A DNA stretch of 64,000 bases. It comes from Moniliella sp. 'wahieum'. Its lineage: Eukaryota. Positions 26,583 to 38,727 of the stretch are shown piece after piece; position 1 is the first letter of the stretch, and the number at the start of each line of letters is the position of its first letter. The notes below the pieces were generated by a model, which saw only the letters and a program-made list of their open reading frames with translations, did no database searches and was not told the DNA's origin. The stretch lies in contig RSEE01000014.1 of NCBI GenBank assembly GCA_003971905.1, positions 682,001 to 746,000 on the forward strand. Reading direction: 5' to 3'. A program made the position numbers and the translations under genes.

Positions 26583-28033
26583 ATGTCCAACAAGATCGAC
26601 GTGCGTGTACCCTACTCTCCCACCTTCCTCTAACTCACCATTTTCCATCCCGTCCTACAGAAGGCCATCGAGCTCGTCCAGAAAGCAATTGAGGAGGACA
26701 CCAAGCAGAACTACGAAGAGGCCTACAAACTTTACCAGAATGCGCTCGACTTCTTCATGCTGGCACTCAAGTACGAAAAAACGATAAGCTCAAGGACATG
26801 ATCAAGAAAAGATCACAGAGTATCTTGATCGCGCCGAGCAACTGAAGTCGTACCTTGCCAAACAGAACGAGGCCCAGTCCCGCCGCGCAGTTGGTGCCGA
26901 TGGTGGCGGCAAGTCTGTTGGAGGCACAACGGCGGCAAACATGACGACAAGGACAGCGTTGACGAGGAGACCAAGAAGCTCCGTGCTGGTCTTAGCTCCG
27001 CCATTCTGTCGGAGAAGCCTAACGTACACTGGGACGACATTGCCGGTCTGGCTACTGCAAAGGAGGCCCTCAAAGAGGCAGTCATTATGCCTATCCTGCT
27101 CCCCCATCTCTTTACGGGAAAGCGCACTCCTTGGCGCGGCATTTTGCTTACGGTCCACCTGGTACCGGTAAGAGCTTTTTGGCCAAAGCGGTGGCGACTG
27201 AAGCCAAATGTACCTTCTTTTCGGTTAGTTCTTCCGACTTGGTGAGCAAGTGGATGGGAGAGTCGGAGAGGCTGGTCAAACAGCTTTTTGCCATGGCTCG
27301 CGAGTCCAAACCCTCGATCATTTTTATCGATGAGGTCGACTCTCTGTGCGGCACTCGAGGAGAGGGAGAGTCGGAGGCCTCCCGTCGGATCAAGACCGAG
27401 TTTTTGGTCCAGATGAATGGTGTCGGGAATGAGAACTCTGGTATCCTCGTCTTGGGCGCTACCAACATTCCTTGGGCCCTTGACATTGCGATCAAGCGGC
27501 GGTTCGAGAAACGAATTTACATTCCTCTCCCGGATGTCCATGCTCGGCAAAAGATGTTTGAACTCAATGTGGGATCAACACCTTGCAGCCTCACCCACGC
27601 TGACTGGCACCGCCTCGCTGTCAGTACCGATGGATATTCCGGATCGGATATTTCGGTGCTGGTACGCGACGCGATTATGCAGCCGCTCCGCAAAGTGTCA
27701 CGCGCCACCCACTTCAAACAGATCCAGGCCCCTGAGCGTCCTACACCAGAGGAGCTGCGGGCGAAGGACTCGGACGGGCCTGAACCGGCCGAAACGGACT
27801 CGCTTCCGGCGGAAAAAGAGGTCACTGCGCTCAAGACGTACTGGATCCCGTGCTCGCCTGGTGACCCAGATGCGGTGGAGAAGTCGTGGACCGACGTTGA
27901 CCCGGCGGACTTGATGGAGCCCCCGATCGTTTACAACGACTTTGTAAAGGCAATCGCTTCCACACCGCCGACAGTTACACCAGCCGACATTGAGAAGCAC
28001 GCCGAGTTCACGCAGGACGCCGGCGTGGAGTAG
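26583..28033 (+). CDS. VPS4: AAA ATPase Vps4 (MIT + AAA)
   Basis: MIT domain ([25 protein letters not shown]), [41 protein letters not shown] and PCSPGDP. Intron ~26601-26660. Confidence 0.97.
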
Positions 28034-28259
28034 ATATCCTACCGTCACCTGCTACACTCTCCCTACATTACGATGAATGCCAGCTTAAACCTCCTTCCTC
28101 TCCATAGTGTGCATCTGGGATCTGACACCGGCCCGGGTATATCGAATGGCAGAAGGGTGCCTTGTGTTAATCAAGGGGGTCTAAGATCTAAGGGCCAGCA
28201 CCTCGGATCCTGTGACCCTCCCTTACACATCCGGGCACAGCGCGAGGATACTATCCCCT

Positions 28260-28526
28260 GGCCTAAGGCCTAAGGCCTAATGCCACTCATCCTTATCTTC
28301 CTCAGTCCAGGTTCACGTTCCACTTGAACAACCCAGCTGCTGTCTTCTCCGCACTGCATAACTGAGGCAACGCCCAGATAATCACGTGACTACCGTAGGC
28401 TCGTGCACTCGCATGCCACATGTCACGTGTGGCGGTGCATCACACGGATTTCGGTGACCGGTGACCGGTGACCGGTGAGTACGTTGAGTATTCAAATGAA
28501 GCGCTACGCGTCACGCGTCGCGTCAC
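28260..28526. repeat. Heptamer arrays (GGCC-TAA)3, (TGA-CCGG)3-TGA-GTAC and CGCG-TCA
   Basis: Read directly at 28260-28280, 28455-28482 and ~28507-28526. Confidence 0.9.
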
Positions 28527-29930
28527 GAGAGGCTGGCGGCGTGCACACGGCTTTCAATATCGTGCCCCGTACAAGGCGCAGGCACCAGGACACTGTGCCA
28601 GGTATATGAAACAGGTCTTGATCGGCTCGATCAGCTTGACTCACTCGCTCCTCAAAACCCCCGAAGTCGTCAAAAGAGGTTCGGGCAACCTATATCAAAG
28701 CCAATATCGCGGGGAAGAAGGCTGCGATATAATGAGGTCCTAGTGAAGAGAGACGAACCATGGCCTGAATGCATATGACAAAGGCCCCTGAGATATGAGA
28801 GCCAGGGTGCCTGCGCATATACGCCACACCGCCCCCACCACAACCACACTGCACAGCGGGAGAGGAGAAGGTCTCTTCTATCATCTACTTACTACTCAGG
28901 GGCTGAGTGAAATGCATATGGACTCGTTTTTGCTCCAACATTCGTGCAAGTATTAGGATGTCGTTCGCACTAGAGAGCACAACAGAGACAACGGCGTACG
29001 CTCGTCCAATAAGCGCTAAGCCTAACGACCAATCTAATTTGATCCGTCGACCTTTTTACGTACAACAACAGGACAAGGACCGACGAGCAGCTCGCCGACG
29101 GTGGGGGGGCATATACATCCAAGGTAGCGCCAACGGGAGTAAAAGCAGAAGGCGCCGATATATATTGCGCCCTGTCCCGCTGAAAAAACGTCCGTTCTTC
29201 CAAGTTCAACGTTTAACGTTTAGTTCATTAATCAATGTTCCCATGCTCACAACCTTTTTATACACTGTGGGTACCTGTAGCCTTATTGCATGAAAACGTC
29301 ATGAACTGATTTGGATATAGTGTTAGCATTGCAATCCAGGAAGATAACACGTAACAACTTACCAGGACGTGTGCACACACATTGGTTTGAAATGGGAGTA
29401 CGCAATCGATGATTTCGATGATCGGTGGAAATTAAAAGCAGAGCGAGAACCTTATATACATTTGCCCGTTTTGTGTATGCCCTTTGACCCGTTTGACCCT
29501 CGAAACAGCCTCACGCGACCCGCGCTTCAACGCTCTCAGGGTCTTAGGCTGAGGCGGGAGGGGCAGAGCCCCTTTGTACAAGGGTCCCCAACAGGTCCCA
29601 CCCACACATTTCTCGGTGTCTTCTCCCACTCCCCAATATCTTCATCAAACCCTTTCTCTCGGACCTCGGTGTACATATCCCCTGTGCCTCGACCTCAGGG
29701 TCCTTAATCCTTAGACCTACTGTTGTCACCGCTGATATCTCTCCGCCATCGAAAAAAGCTTCAATTAGCACCCATCTCTCACAGTCAGTTCCCCACCACA
29801 GAAGCCACCAGTCCTAATATAGACGTCCCTCCTCAGGCCTCAGGAAACGTTCCGCCATAAAGCTCACCCCCCCACAACCTATTCTACTTCACTCCTCATC
29901 AACCACAACCCCTATTCTCCCTCCGCCCCC

Positions 29931-32369
29931 ATGCGTCCGTACCGCGCTACAAGTGCGCCTGCACGATCGTTTTTGGTTCTCGCCGTCCTCTTCTCTATAC
30001 TTCCGCTCGTCTCGTCCGCCTTGGTGCCTGTTCGGACCAACGGGCGACGTAAGATCACCAGCAGGGCTGCTCCCACTGCTCCGAATGGCATCAGCAGTAC
30101 TGGCAAACCTTTCAATGGTCAAGCGTTTGACTACGGTCAGTACCCTCTCCTTTTTCCTTTCCCCCAATATCTGTGTCGTTCTAGATGAACAGGGCACGGC
30201 ATTGCCATGTCCATTAATCCTCACGTATCTGACAATTTCCCCTCTCAGTCGTGGTCGGCGGCGGCACTGCTGGTTTGACTGTAGCCTCGCGGCTGTCCGA
30301 GGACAGTTCCGTCACTGTGGCGGTGATTGAGGCTGGTATTAGCGGTGAGGGCGATACGACGCTCACCACTCCAAATGGCATGGTGCGTTTATGACCCCCG
30401 AATCAACAGCCTTCATATTGTCTCTCTTGCGATTCACTGTCGGCATTCCATTAACCTCCCTTATTCTGCCATATGCCTCTGGCGTTCCAACAAAAAAGCT
30501 CTACAATACCTCGGAACACACTATCAAAGACTGGGCGGATAACACCATCAACCAGACCGGGTTGGGCGGCCGTTCAATCTACTACCCTCGCGGGAAAGTG
30601 CTTGGTGAGTGTCTTCCATTGTGTGCTTTTTTACTTCATTTTGTGGTGCCGTTTTTCGCTTACACTATTCTATCTGATTCGGGAAGGCGGGTCAAGCGCT
30701 ATCAACGGAATGTATATGGTTCGCCAACCTGCGTTGGAGCAAGCAAGCTGGGCCAATCTGGCAGCCAACATCAGCGCAAACGCCAGCAAGACATGGGGCT
30801 GGGACAATATGTTGGCAGCCATGAAGAAGTCGGAAATCTTCACGCCCCCGAGCGACAGTGTGGTAGCGGCTGTCAAGTCTGGTGCAGGTAACCAGAACAT
30901 TCTCGGCTACAATAACGGTTCGCACGGTACCTCTGGAAACATCCATGCCAGTTGGCCGGGCGTTTCCTACGAGTCGGTCGGGGGATTTTTGGAGGGAGCT
31001 TCCCAAACGCTAACATTCCAGTAAACCAAGATCCTGACAATGGGAACAACACGGGGCCATTCCTTAGCACTTCTGCCATCAATCCGTCCAATTGGACCCG
31101 TTCCTTTTCTCGTTCAGGCTATCTTGACCCATTTGTCGCCCGGCCAAATCTGTTTGTCTTGACCGGGCACCAAGCGACCAAGATCATGTTTGACACTTCT
31201 ACCCCTCCCAGGGCGACAGGAGTACAGTTTGCAGCATCACGCAACGGCACGTGCAGACGGTGAATGCGAACAAGGAGGTCATCCTTTCTGCCGGTGTCAT
31301 CGGCTCCCCTCAACTGCTACAGTTGTCTGGGATCGGTGATGAGTCTGTTCTATCTCCCGTTGGGATCAAACAGGTGGCAAACGTGCCAGGCGTCGGGTTC
31401 CACATGCAAGACCACTTAAGTGGTGCCGTCTCCTACACATCCCCTGGAACGGCTATGCCCGTCACTGCCATGACCGGCAACGCCAAGAACGATAGTTTCA
31501 GTAACGCTGCTGTGGCCTACCCTGCCCATCGGGACCGTATTGGACAAGAACCAGCTCATATCCAATCTCCATCATCTCTGGATCAGTTTGTTTCGGCCTA
31601 CGATGCTCCCGCGACTGTCCAAGAAGGTTACCGTGCTTCGCTCAACGAGTTGATTGTCAACATGTACCCTAATGATGCTCCCGCCATTGAAATACTGTGG
31701 TTCATGGCGTATGATTCTATCAGTATTCAATGCGGCCTCCAACACCCTACATCTCAAGGGTCAGTCAAGATCACATCCTCCAACGCCTTTGATTTGCCCG
31801 CCATTGATCCCGCCTACCTGAAGAATGCGATCGATATTGACGTCCTGCGAGGAGGATGTCAACTGGCACGGAAAATCGGCCAGTCAGGGGCTGTGAAACC
31901 TTTTGTGTCGACAGAAACGGCACCAGGCGCCAACGTTCAGTCTGATGACCAATGGAACAGCTTTATACAGCAACAGTTCGCTACGGAATACCACCCGAGC
32001 AGCTCCTGCGCCATGCTTCCCCTTTCTCAAGGTGGCGTGGTTGATGATCACCTTCGTGTGTACAACACTCAGGGCTTGCGCGTCGTCGATGCTTCAGTTC
32101 CCCCCATTACATTCTCCCAGCATCTTCTTACCGTCACATACGGAATTGGGGAAATTGGCGCTCAACTTATCGCTCAGGACAATGCCCTCCCACCGCCCGG
32201 TGCCTCTGGCTCTTCCTCCAGCTCAAGCACCCCTGGATCGTCAGCGCGTAATGGAGGGTCACCGAGTTCTACTTCTTCGCCGAAGACATCTGATTCCATC
32301 CCTCAGTACAGCGTCAGATCAGCCATTTCGCTCTTGATTGTTGTGGTAGTGTACATTCAAAACCTATGA
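29931..32369 (+). CDS. Secreted GMC oxidoreductase (glucose/aryl-alcohol oxidase-like), probably membrane- or GPI-anchored
   Basis: Signal peptide; VVGGGTAG FAD motif, PRGKVLGGSSAINGM, EVILSAG..SPQLLQLSGIG, EYHPSSSCAM and GLRVVDAS; Ser-rich tail with hydrophobic end. About three introns between 30135 and 30687. Confidence 0.92.
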
Positions 32370-33314
32370 GTGTGGATCCTACCCCATCAAAGAGCCACCA
32401 CAGTCAACCCCGTCATCCCCCCTGCCCGTCATCAACGATCGGCCTCACGTCAATACCGGCAAGGGCCATTTCATCTCCTCAGATGTAATACGTCGTTATA
32501 TTCCCAACACCTGTTTTACGTTCTGCTACCCTTCCCCATCTGGACTTTACATCATTTATTCTCGTTTGCTTTCACTCCCCCCTCCCCCCTTTTTCGTATC
32601 TCTTCCCGTCTGTGCTCTGGCCTGAAGCCTCAAGCCTCAAGCCAAACCTTGGGGGGAATGTGGGTTGTGTGGCCTTTATTCCTCTCAAGCCTTTTTCGAG
32701 ATCGGACATTTGCTCCAAGGCACTCAACGCTGCCCTCTTGATGATCATTTCCTCACGATGTTTTTCACGTTTTCTTGCCAACGAAGATCATGACGATTGA
32801 TGATGATCGATGATACCAAAACCATATAGAAGGCGTCATATGCTCACACCAGCGCGCCACCGACAAAAAGTATACAATCTCGATAGAAGATCGCATACTA
32901 TGTAATGCTATGATGGAGGGCAGGGTGGTGATGATGCATGGGAGAGGGTAAACAGACAGTGGTACAGATGTGGAGTTTCTGTGTTTTGCGGGAACAGAAT
33001 GGGAGAGAAAGGAACATTGGACGACAGGTATATATATACCACAAGGGGCCAACTCGTCGGTCTGACAACCTGCAGAGATCTGGGGTGTGGAACCCGCTTT
33101 TGCGGTTGGACGTAATAACGCGTTTCTGTCATCGATATGACCATCGCATGAAGTGCATGACGCGCTACCCTCACAACACGCATCTGGCCAACTAGTTAGT
33201 AGTCACGTATACCCTTAGGCTCAGTGCTCATTATTCGCATCCGCATCCTCTCGCGCGCTTAATTTGGTTTGGGATGAAGCTTGAAGGAATGGCAGGTGCT
33301 ACCGGGTCCTGTGT

Positions 33315-33366
33315 TGACATGTGACATGTGACAGGCCGGCAGTAACTAGTAACTAGGAACTAGTAA
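33315..33366. repeat. Heptamer arrays (TGA-CATG)2-TGA and (TAA-CTAG)n
   Basis: Read directly at 33315-33331 and 33343-33366. Confidence 0.9.
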
Positions 33367-34560
33367 CGCACTTCGCCTTCTGATGGGGTTAGGTGTATAA
33401 GCTCTGGGTATAAGCGCGTGAGATCGAAGAGAGCCGACAGCAAACGCTGGATGTGCGAGCCGGTCAGGCAATGGGCCTGTTAAGCGTCTGATGTATTATG
33501 GCCCTGTTCGGTTTGCAAACCCATGCATACGAAGGCAGGGGCGGAGGAACCGCAACGGTCGCCCACGTGCTACCTGCTTCCTAGTGAAGCTAGTGAGATC
33601 TGAGATCGAAGTGAGTGTTTGCTTATGCGCGTTGCGCGATGCATGATGCACAATGGATGATACTGGGTGTTCCTATTTCCTATTTAGTAGTTAGTAGGCA
33701 CTGTAGGGTACTGCCGATCCGTCTCGGGCGATCTGCACGCTGACTGGTACGGGGCTAGTCTGGAAGCCAGCTGGAGCTTATATCTTGACGGTGCGCGTGT
33801 GTGTGCGCGTGTGTGTGCGCGGGTGCGTGGTGTGCATGCGGCGTGGGAGGAGTATCAGTGCTCCGCTGGGCATGGGGCCACTCTGCCCAACGTCCCTCCG
33901 CAAGCCCCTGCCGCACACCTAGGCCGAGTGGAGCCAGTGGCGCGACCAGGCATGGCACGGCAGCATGCAGCCCGGCAGCACGGCAGCACGGCAGCAGGCG
34001 GCAACACGGCAGCTCACGGCGGGCTGGCGTGTGCATATGCCCAGGACGCGACGGGGATGGAACGGGGGCAGTGTGTTCGATGGTGCCTTGACATTGAGAC
34101 CTGAAGCTGGAGGCTTGGAGCTGGCCGGAGGCCGCAGTCAGACACGCAGTCGATCATCTGCTGGCACGTCAGGGCACACCCTTCCGTCCTTCCCGTTCAA
34201 GGTAGGCTAGGCCCTCGGGGCGGAGTCCTGCTACGACATGCACTACAGCAGCCTACACAAACTCTCTGAATGGCATCCGCGAGATCAATATTCAATGAGA
34301 TCACCTTAGGCATCATGCATCATGCGCACCGGTCACCAGCTCCCCAGCCGCGGACGCTCAGTCTGGCCCAGCCAGCCCTTTGCCCTCTGCGTCGATCGCC
34401 GCTTGCTACCATCAACGTCCAACCTCCAGCCCGTCCGCCTTGCTGCAATCCCCACCGCTGGCTTCGGTGTTCACTTTTCCCCTCCTCCGTCTTTCCCACC
34501 TGCCCTCTCCCTGCCCACAACCTCAGTCTTGCACATCCGCCTACCACACGCTCTTTCCTC

Positions 34561-35982
34561 ATGGCTCGTTTATCACTCGTTGTGGGTCTGCTGGCCCTGA
34601 TAGCCCCAGCCACTGCCCTCTCCAACTCTCAAGTCAGGCAGTCCACCTCACATGCGCCACCCGGGCCGGTCCCTCTCCACCCATGCTCACGCTCACGCCG
34701 CTCCCGCGCCTGCTGCCCGTCACGCCTACTTGGCCAACCACACGCTCTCGGACCGTAGCCTCGATAAGCGTAGCGGTGAAGCCACTTGGTACCACCCTGT
34801 AACCGAAGGAGGTGCTCAGAGTTCATGCGGGCGCTGGCTGTCCGATTCCACCCCTGCTGTGGCGCTTTCTCAAGTCGGCTGGGCGTACTTTGCCAATCAA
34901 GGTATCAGCGCATCCGAGTTGTGCTACAAAGCCATCACCATCACTGCCCCTGATGGTGCGACCGCCCAGGCGCAGATTATGGACCAATGCCCTCAGACCG
35001 GTAACACCTGTGGCAACATTGCACGTATTCACTCTTTTTTCTTGCGCCTAGTTGAACTTGAGCTGACCGGCGATCCCTTTTCTTCAGTGCGATATCGACC
35101 TGACTTATGGGCTGTTTGGAGAGCTGGCGGACCACACTGTCGGTATCTTCCCGGTTAAATGGGCATTCAACGATGGCACGTACTCTCCTTGCGGCCCCAA
35201 CGGCGGTGGGTCAGCTAAGCCCACACACGATCCCTCCAACTCTGGTTCGTCCGGTGACAACGAAGCCAAATCCAAGTCTCTGGCTGCTGCATCTTCTGCT
35301 TCTGCTGCCTCCGCTGCCTCTGCTGCCTCGCTGCTTCTGCTGCCTCTGCCAAAGCGGAGCAAAAATCCGAGTCTCTTGCGTCAGTCCATTCGGCTGAAGC
35401 CGCTGCCTCTGCTGCTTCTGCGGCATCTGCTGCTTCCGCTGCATCGGCTGCATCGGCTTCCGCTGCCAGGGCGGAGCATAAGTCCGAGTCGCTTGCTTCG
35501 CTCTATTCGAAGGAATCCGCCGCATCCGTTGCTTCTGTGGCTTCCGCATCATCTGTATCGGCTGCTCATGGCGCTCTCACACTTCCCTTGTAGCGGCATC
35601 TAAATCTTCTGCCTCCGAGGCAGCTGCTTCGAAAGCATCTGTCGCCTCGCTCGCATCAATCGCATCCGCTCAGAGCCTAGCGTCGCATATCTCCCTCGCC
35701 AGTGTGGCCTCCCAGGCCTCCGTACTCAGCGTCTCGTCTCTTGCATCCGTCTCCTCGGTTTCAAGATCTCTTTCGCTGGTGTCCGCGTCCCAAGCAGCTG
35801 CATCTGTTGCATCTGTTGCTTCCGTTGCGTCGGTGCAAAGTGTCAGTAGGGAATCGGTCGCAAGTGCGTCCAAATCATCGGCTTTGGCCAGTGCTTCAGC
35901 CAACATCAATGTCAACCGCGTCAACAACATATATGCCGTCTTTGACAAGATGGCCAACTACGCCAAGCCTTCTTCATCTTGA
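34561..35982 (+). CDS. Secreted expansin-like / RlpA double-psi beta-barrel protein with long Ser/Ala-rich tail
   Basis: Signal peptide MARLSLVVGLLALIAPATA; GEATWY..SSCG, AVALS, LCYKAITI, IMDQCP..C and DIDLT..LF; (SAA/SVA)n tail. Intron ~35026-35087. Confidence 0.8.
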
Positions 35983-36975
35983 TCTAACTGCTCACTTGCG
36001 CTACTGCGTCGGTCTCCCTCGTCAGGTGAAATCCGTTTGTCCTGCTTCCGTTCCTTTTGGCCAATTCCACGGCTGGCTTCCGTTGGTGCTATCAACATTC
36101 CTTTCTTCTTTTTGTCATTGGGACGCCCCTGTCCGGTATCCGTGTCGTTTTTATGTTAACACGTAAAACCGCCGGATGCTCCATCTTACCCCCTACCCCC
36201 CCTCCATGCCTTTGTCCATTTTACCTGTGCGGTGATCATTACCTGTGTTTGCGAGCTACTCTCTTGGTGCCCGCCCCCTGGCGGGATCGCCCCCAGAGCA
36301 TCGTATCCATCATGATGGTGGCCATACCCTTTTTTTCTTGATGCGATCCTCATTTTCTCTCAAAACGTGGCGCATACTGCCTATTCATGCGTCCATGTAT
36401 CTGCATCGTTTCGGGAAGGATATAGCACCTGCAAACAAGAAAGGCCCTTCTCGCGCCTCATGAGGAGAATTGGGAACCCAGGTTGATTCAATTGATGTCC
36501 AGGAAAGGCACCGATCTGGGACGGCAGATGCGATGAAATAACTAACCCTAGTACTCACTGCCTGCGGGTGAGTCCGGCAACCACGGAAGACGAAGGACAC
36601 TGGTGTTCTGCGGGCTCGGAAAGGAACGATTCCAACCAGCGCAGCGCCAGTGTCGTGGACCGAGAGTTATGAGCACTAGACATGTGCTGGCGCTGTGCGA
36701 AGACCCGCCACACGTGGGCACCAGAGCCATCGGGTCGTGCCGTGGCCGCGACACTGCCCCACGCTGGCGCTTGGGCCTTGCTGTCTGTGCCGGCCGTGCG
36801 GCGAGCGGTGGGCGGCAGTAGTAACCGAGTGAGCAGCAGCAGGGGCAGCCTGTAGGAGCTGCGGCTGTGGTACGCCGCTCCAAGCCCCGCCGCCGCAATG
36901 GTCGCGGCGAGGGCGGCAGCGCCGTAAATCTCCCTAGTGGTTTCCCTCCACCACTACCCTGCCTCGTTCGCCATC

Positions 36976-38274
36976 ATGCGTGCTGTTGCTACCGCCCCCT
37001 TCCGTGCCGCCGCCCGTGCCGCCGTCTCTTCGCGCTTTGCTGCTCGTGCCACCCCTGTCGTGGCCCAGCAAGTGCGCAACCTGAGCCTGCATGAGTACCT
37101 CTCCATGGGTGTCCTCAATGAGTACGGCGTGCCCACCCCCAAGTTCGCTGCTGCCTCCTCGCCTGCTGAGGCCAAGGCGGCCGCTGATAAGTTTCCTCAA
37201 GGGTCTGTTATCAAGGCCCAGGTGCTAGCCGGTGGGCGTGGTAAGGGCCACTTTGACAATGGCCTCCAAGGCGGTGTGCATCTGCTCAAGAACCCGGCGG
37301 AGGCCGAGACGCTCGCTTCGCAAATGATTGGTGCCAACTTGATCACCAAGCAGACTGGCAAGGACGGTCGCATCTGCAACAAGGTCGTCATTGCCGAGGC
37401 CCGTGCTCCTCACCACGAATACTACGTTGCGCTGCTCAACGATCGTGCCACTCAGGGCCCTGTCCTCATTGCGTCGAACCAGGGTGGTATGTCGATTGAG
37501 GATGTGGCCAAGGAGAACCCCGATGCCATCATCACTACCCCAATTGACTTCAAGGAGGGCCTTACCGAGGCCAAGGCGCTCGAGATTGCCCACAAGCTTG
37601 GCTTCACTGGCCCTGAACAGGAGAAGGAGGCTGCCAAGATCTTTGTCAACCTGTACAAGCTCTTTGAAGAGAAGGACGCCACCCAGGTCGAAATCAACCC
37701 TCTCGCCGAGACCAAGGATGGCGCTGTGCTCTGCATGGACGCCAAGCTTGGCTTTGATGACAATGCCGAGTTCCGCCAGGCTGATATCTTTGCCCAGCGT
37801 GATGTGTCCCAGGAGAACGCGGCCGAGGTGGAGGCAGCCGAGGTGGGTCTCAACTACATCCAACTTGATGGCAACATTGCTTGCCTCGTCAACGGTGCTG
37901 GTCTTGCCATGGCCACCATGGACGTGCTGAAGCTGAAGGGTGGCGACCCGGCCAACTTCCTTGATGTCGGTGGTGGTGCGACCGCCGAGGCCGTCAAGAA
38001 GGCCTTCGAGATCATTCTCCGCTCCGACAAGGTCAAGGCTATCTTTGTCAACATCTTTGGTGGTATCATGCGTTGCGATGTGATTGCCGAAGGTATCATC
38101 CAGGCTACCAAGGAGCTGGATCTTTCGGTTCCCCTTGTCGTGCGTCTGCAGGGCACCAAGGAGATGGAGGCCAAGGCCATGATCAAGGAGTCGGGCTTGA
38201 AGATTTACTCCTTTGATGGCTTGGACGAGGCTGCTGCTGCCGCCGTCGAGGCTGCCGCCAAGGGCAGTCTCTAA
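36976..38274 (+). CDS. LSC2: Succinyl-CoA ligase beta subunit, mitochondrial
   Basis: Intact ORF with presequence, then LSLHEY, KAQVLAGGRGKG, NGAGLAMATMD, NFLDVGGG and VNIFGGIMRCD. Confidence 0.98.
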   Translation: MRAVATAPFRAAARAAVSSRFAARATPVVAQQVRNLSLHEYLSMGVLNEYGVPTPKFAAASSPAEAKAAADKFPQGSVIKAQVLAGGRGKGHFDNGLQGGVHLLKNPAEAETLASQMIGANLITKQTGKDGRICNKVVIAEARAPHHEYYVALLNDRATQGPVLIASNQGGMSIEDVAKENPDAIITTPIDFKEGLTEAKALEIAHKLGFTGPEQEKEAAKIFVNLYKLFEEKDATQVEINPLAETKDGAVLCMDAKLGFDDNAEFRQADIFAQRDVSQENAAEVEAAEVGLNYIQLDGNIACLVNGAGLAMATMDVLKLKGGDPANFLDVGGGATAEAVKKAFEIILRSDKVKAIFVNIFGGIMRCDVIAEGIIQATKELDLSVPLVVRLQGTKEMEAKAMIKESGLKIYSFDGLDEAAAAAVEAAAKGSL

Positions 38275-38669
38275 AAGGGCTGACTGATATTGGAGGTGGA
38301 CGATGCCGATGGGTTGGACGTGGTGGGCCAACGCGAGCCTGTACTTGCATTTTTTCTTCTTCTTTGCCGCCCGAATCCTTCTCCGAACCTCAACTGAATG
38401 CCCTGAGCCATATTCACGCACCACCCACCTTCCTTTTAACTCCCACCCCTTTGCCAGATTTCCCTGAAGCCGAGATGGTCTCCCGGCCGTTTGCAATCGT
38501 ACGCTGATGACTTGCCCGACTAGCTCAAGAGACCAAAGATAGACATTCGATGGAACCCGCTGTGCCACTTAGTACTCAAGTGACCCATACCCGATGAGGT
38601 AACAACACCTGCAACAGTTGGCTGAGAGAAGCAAAGCTGAAATGGGGGTGCCTCGAAGGGAACGTCTTG

Positions 38670-38727
38670 TGACGCGTGACGCGTGACGCGTGACGCGTGA
38701 CGCGGTGACGCGGTGACGCGGTGACGG
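38670..38727. repeat. (TGA-CGCG)4 followed by (TGA-CGCGG)3
   Basis: Perfect tandem units read directly. Confidence 0.95.

Noticed and set aside
35280..35900. GCT/TCT-rich nucleotide repeats
   Set aside because: Explained by the Ser/Ala-rich coding tail of the expansin-like protein.
37225..38568. 447-aa antisense ORF over LSC2 (similar ones over GAPDH, UBC4, PGM and VPS4)
   Set aside because: Expected shadow of strong GC3 codon bias; no recognisable protein features.
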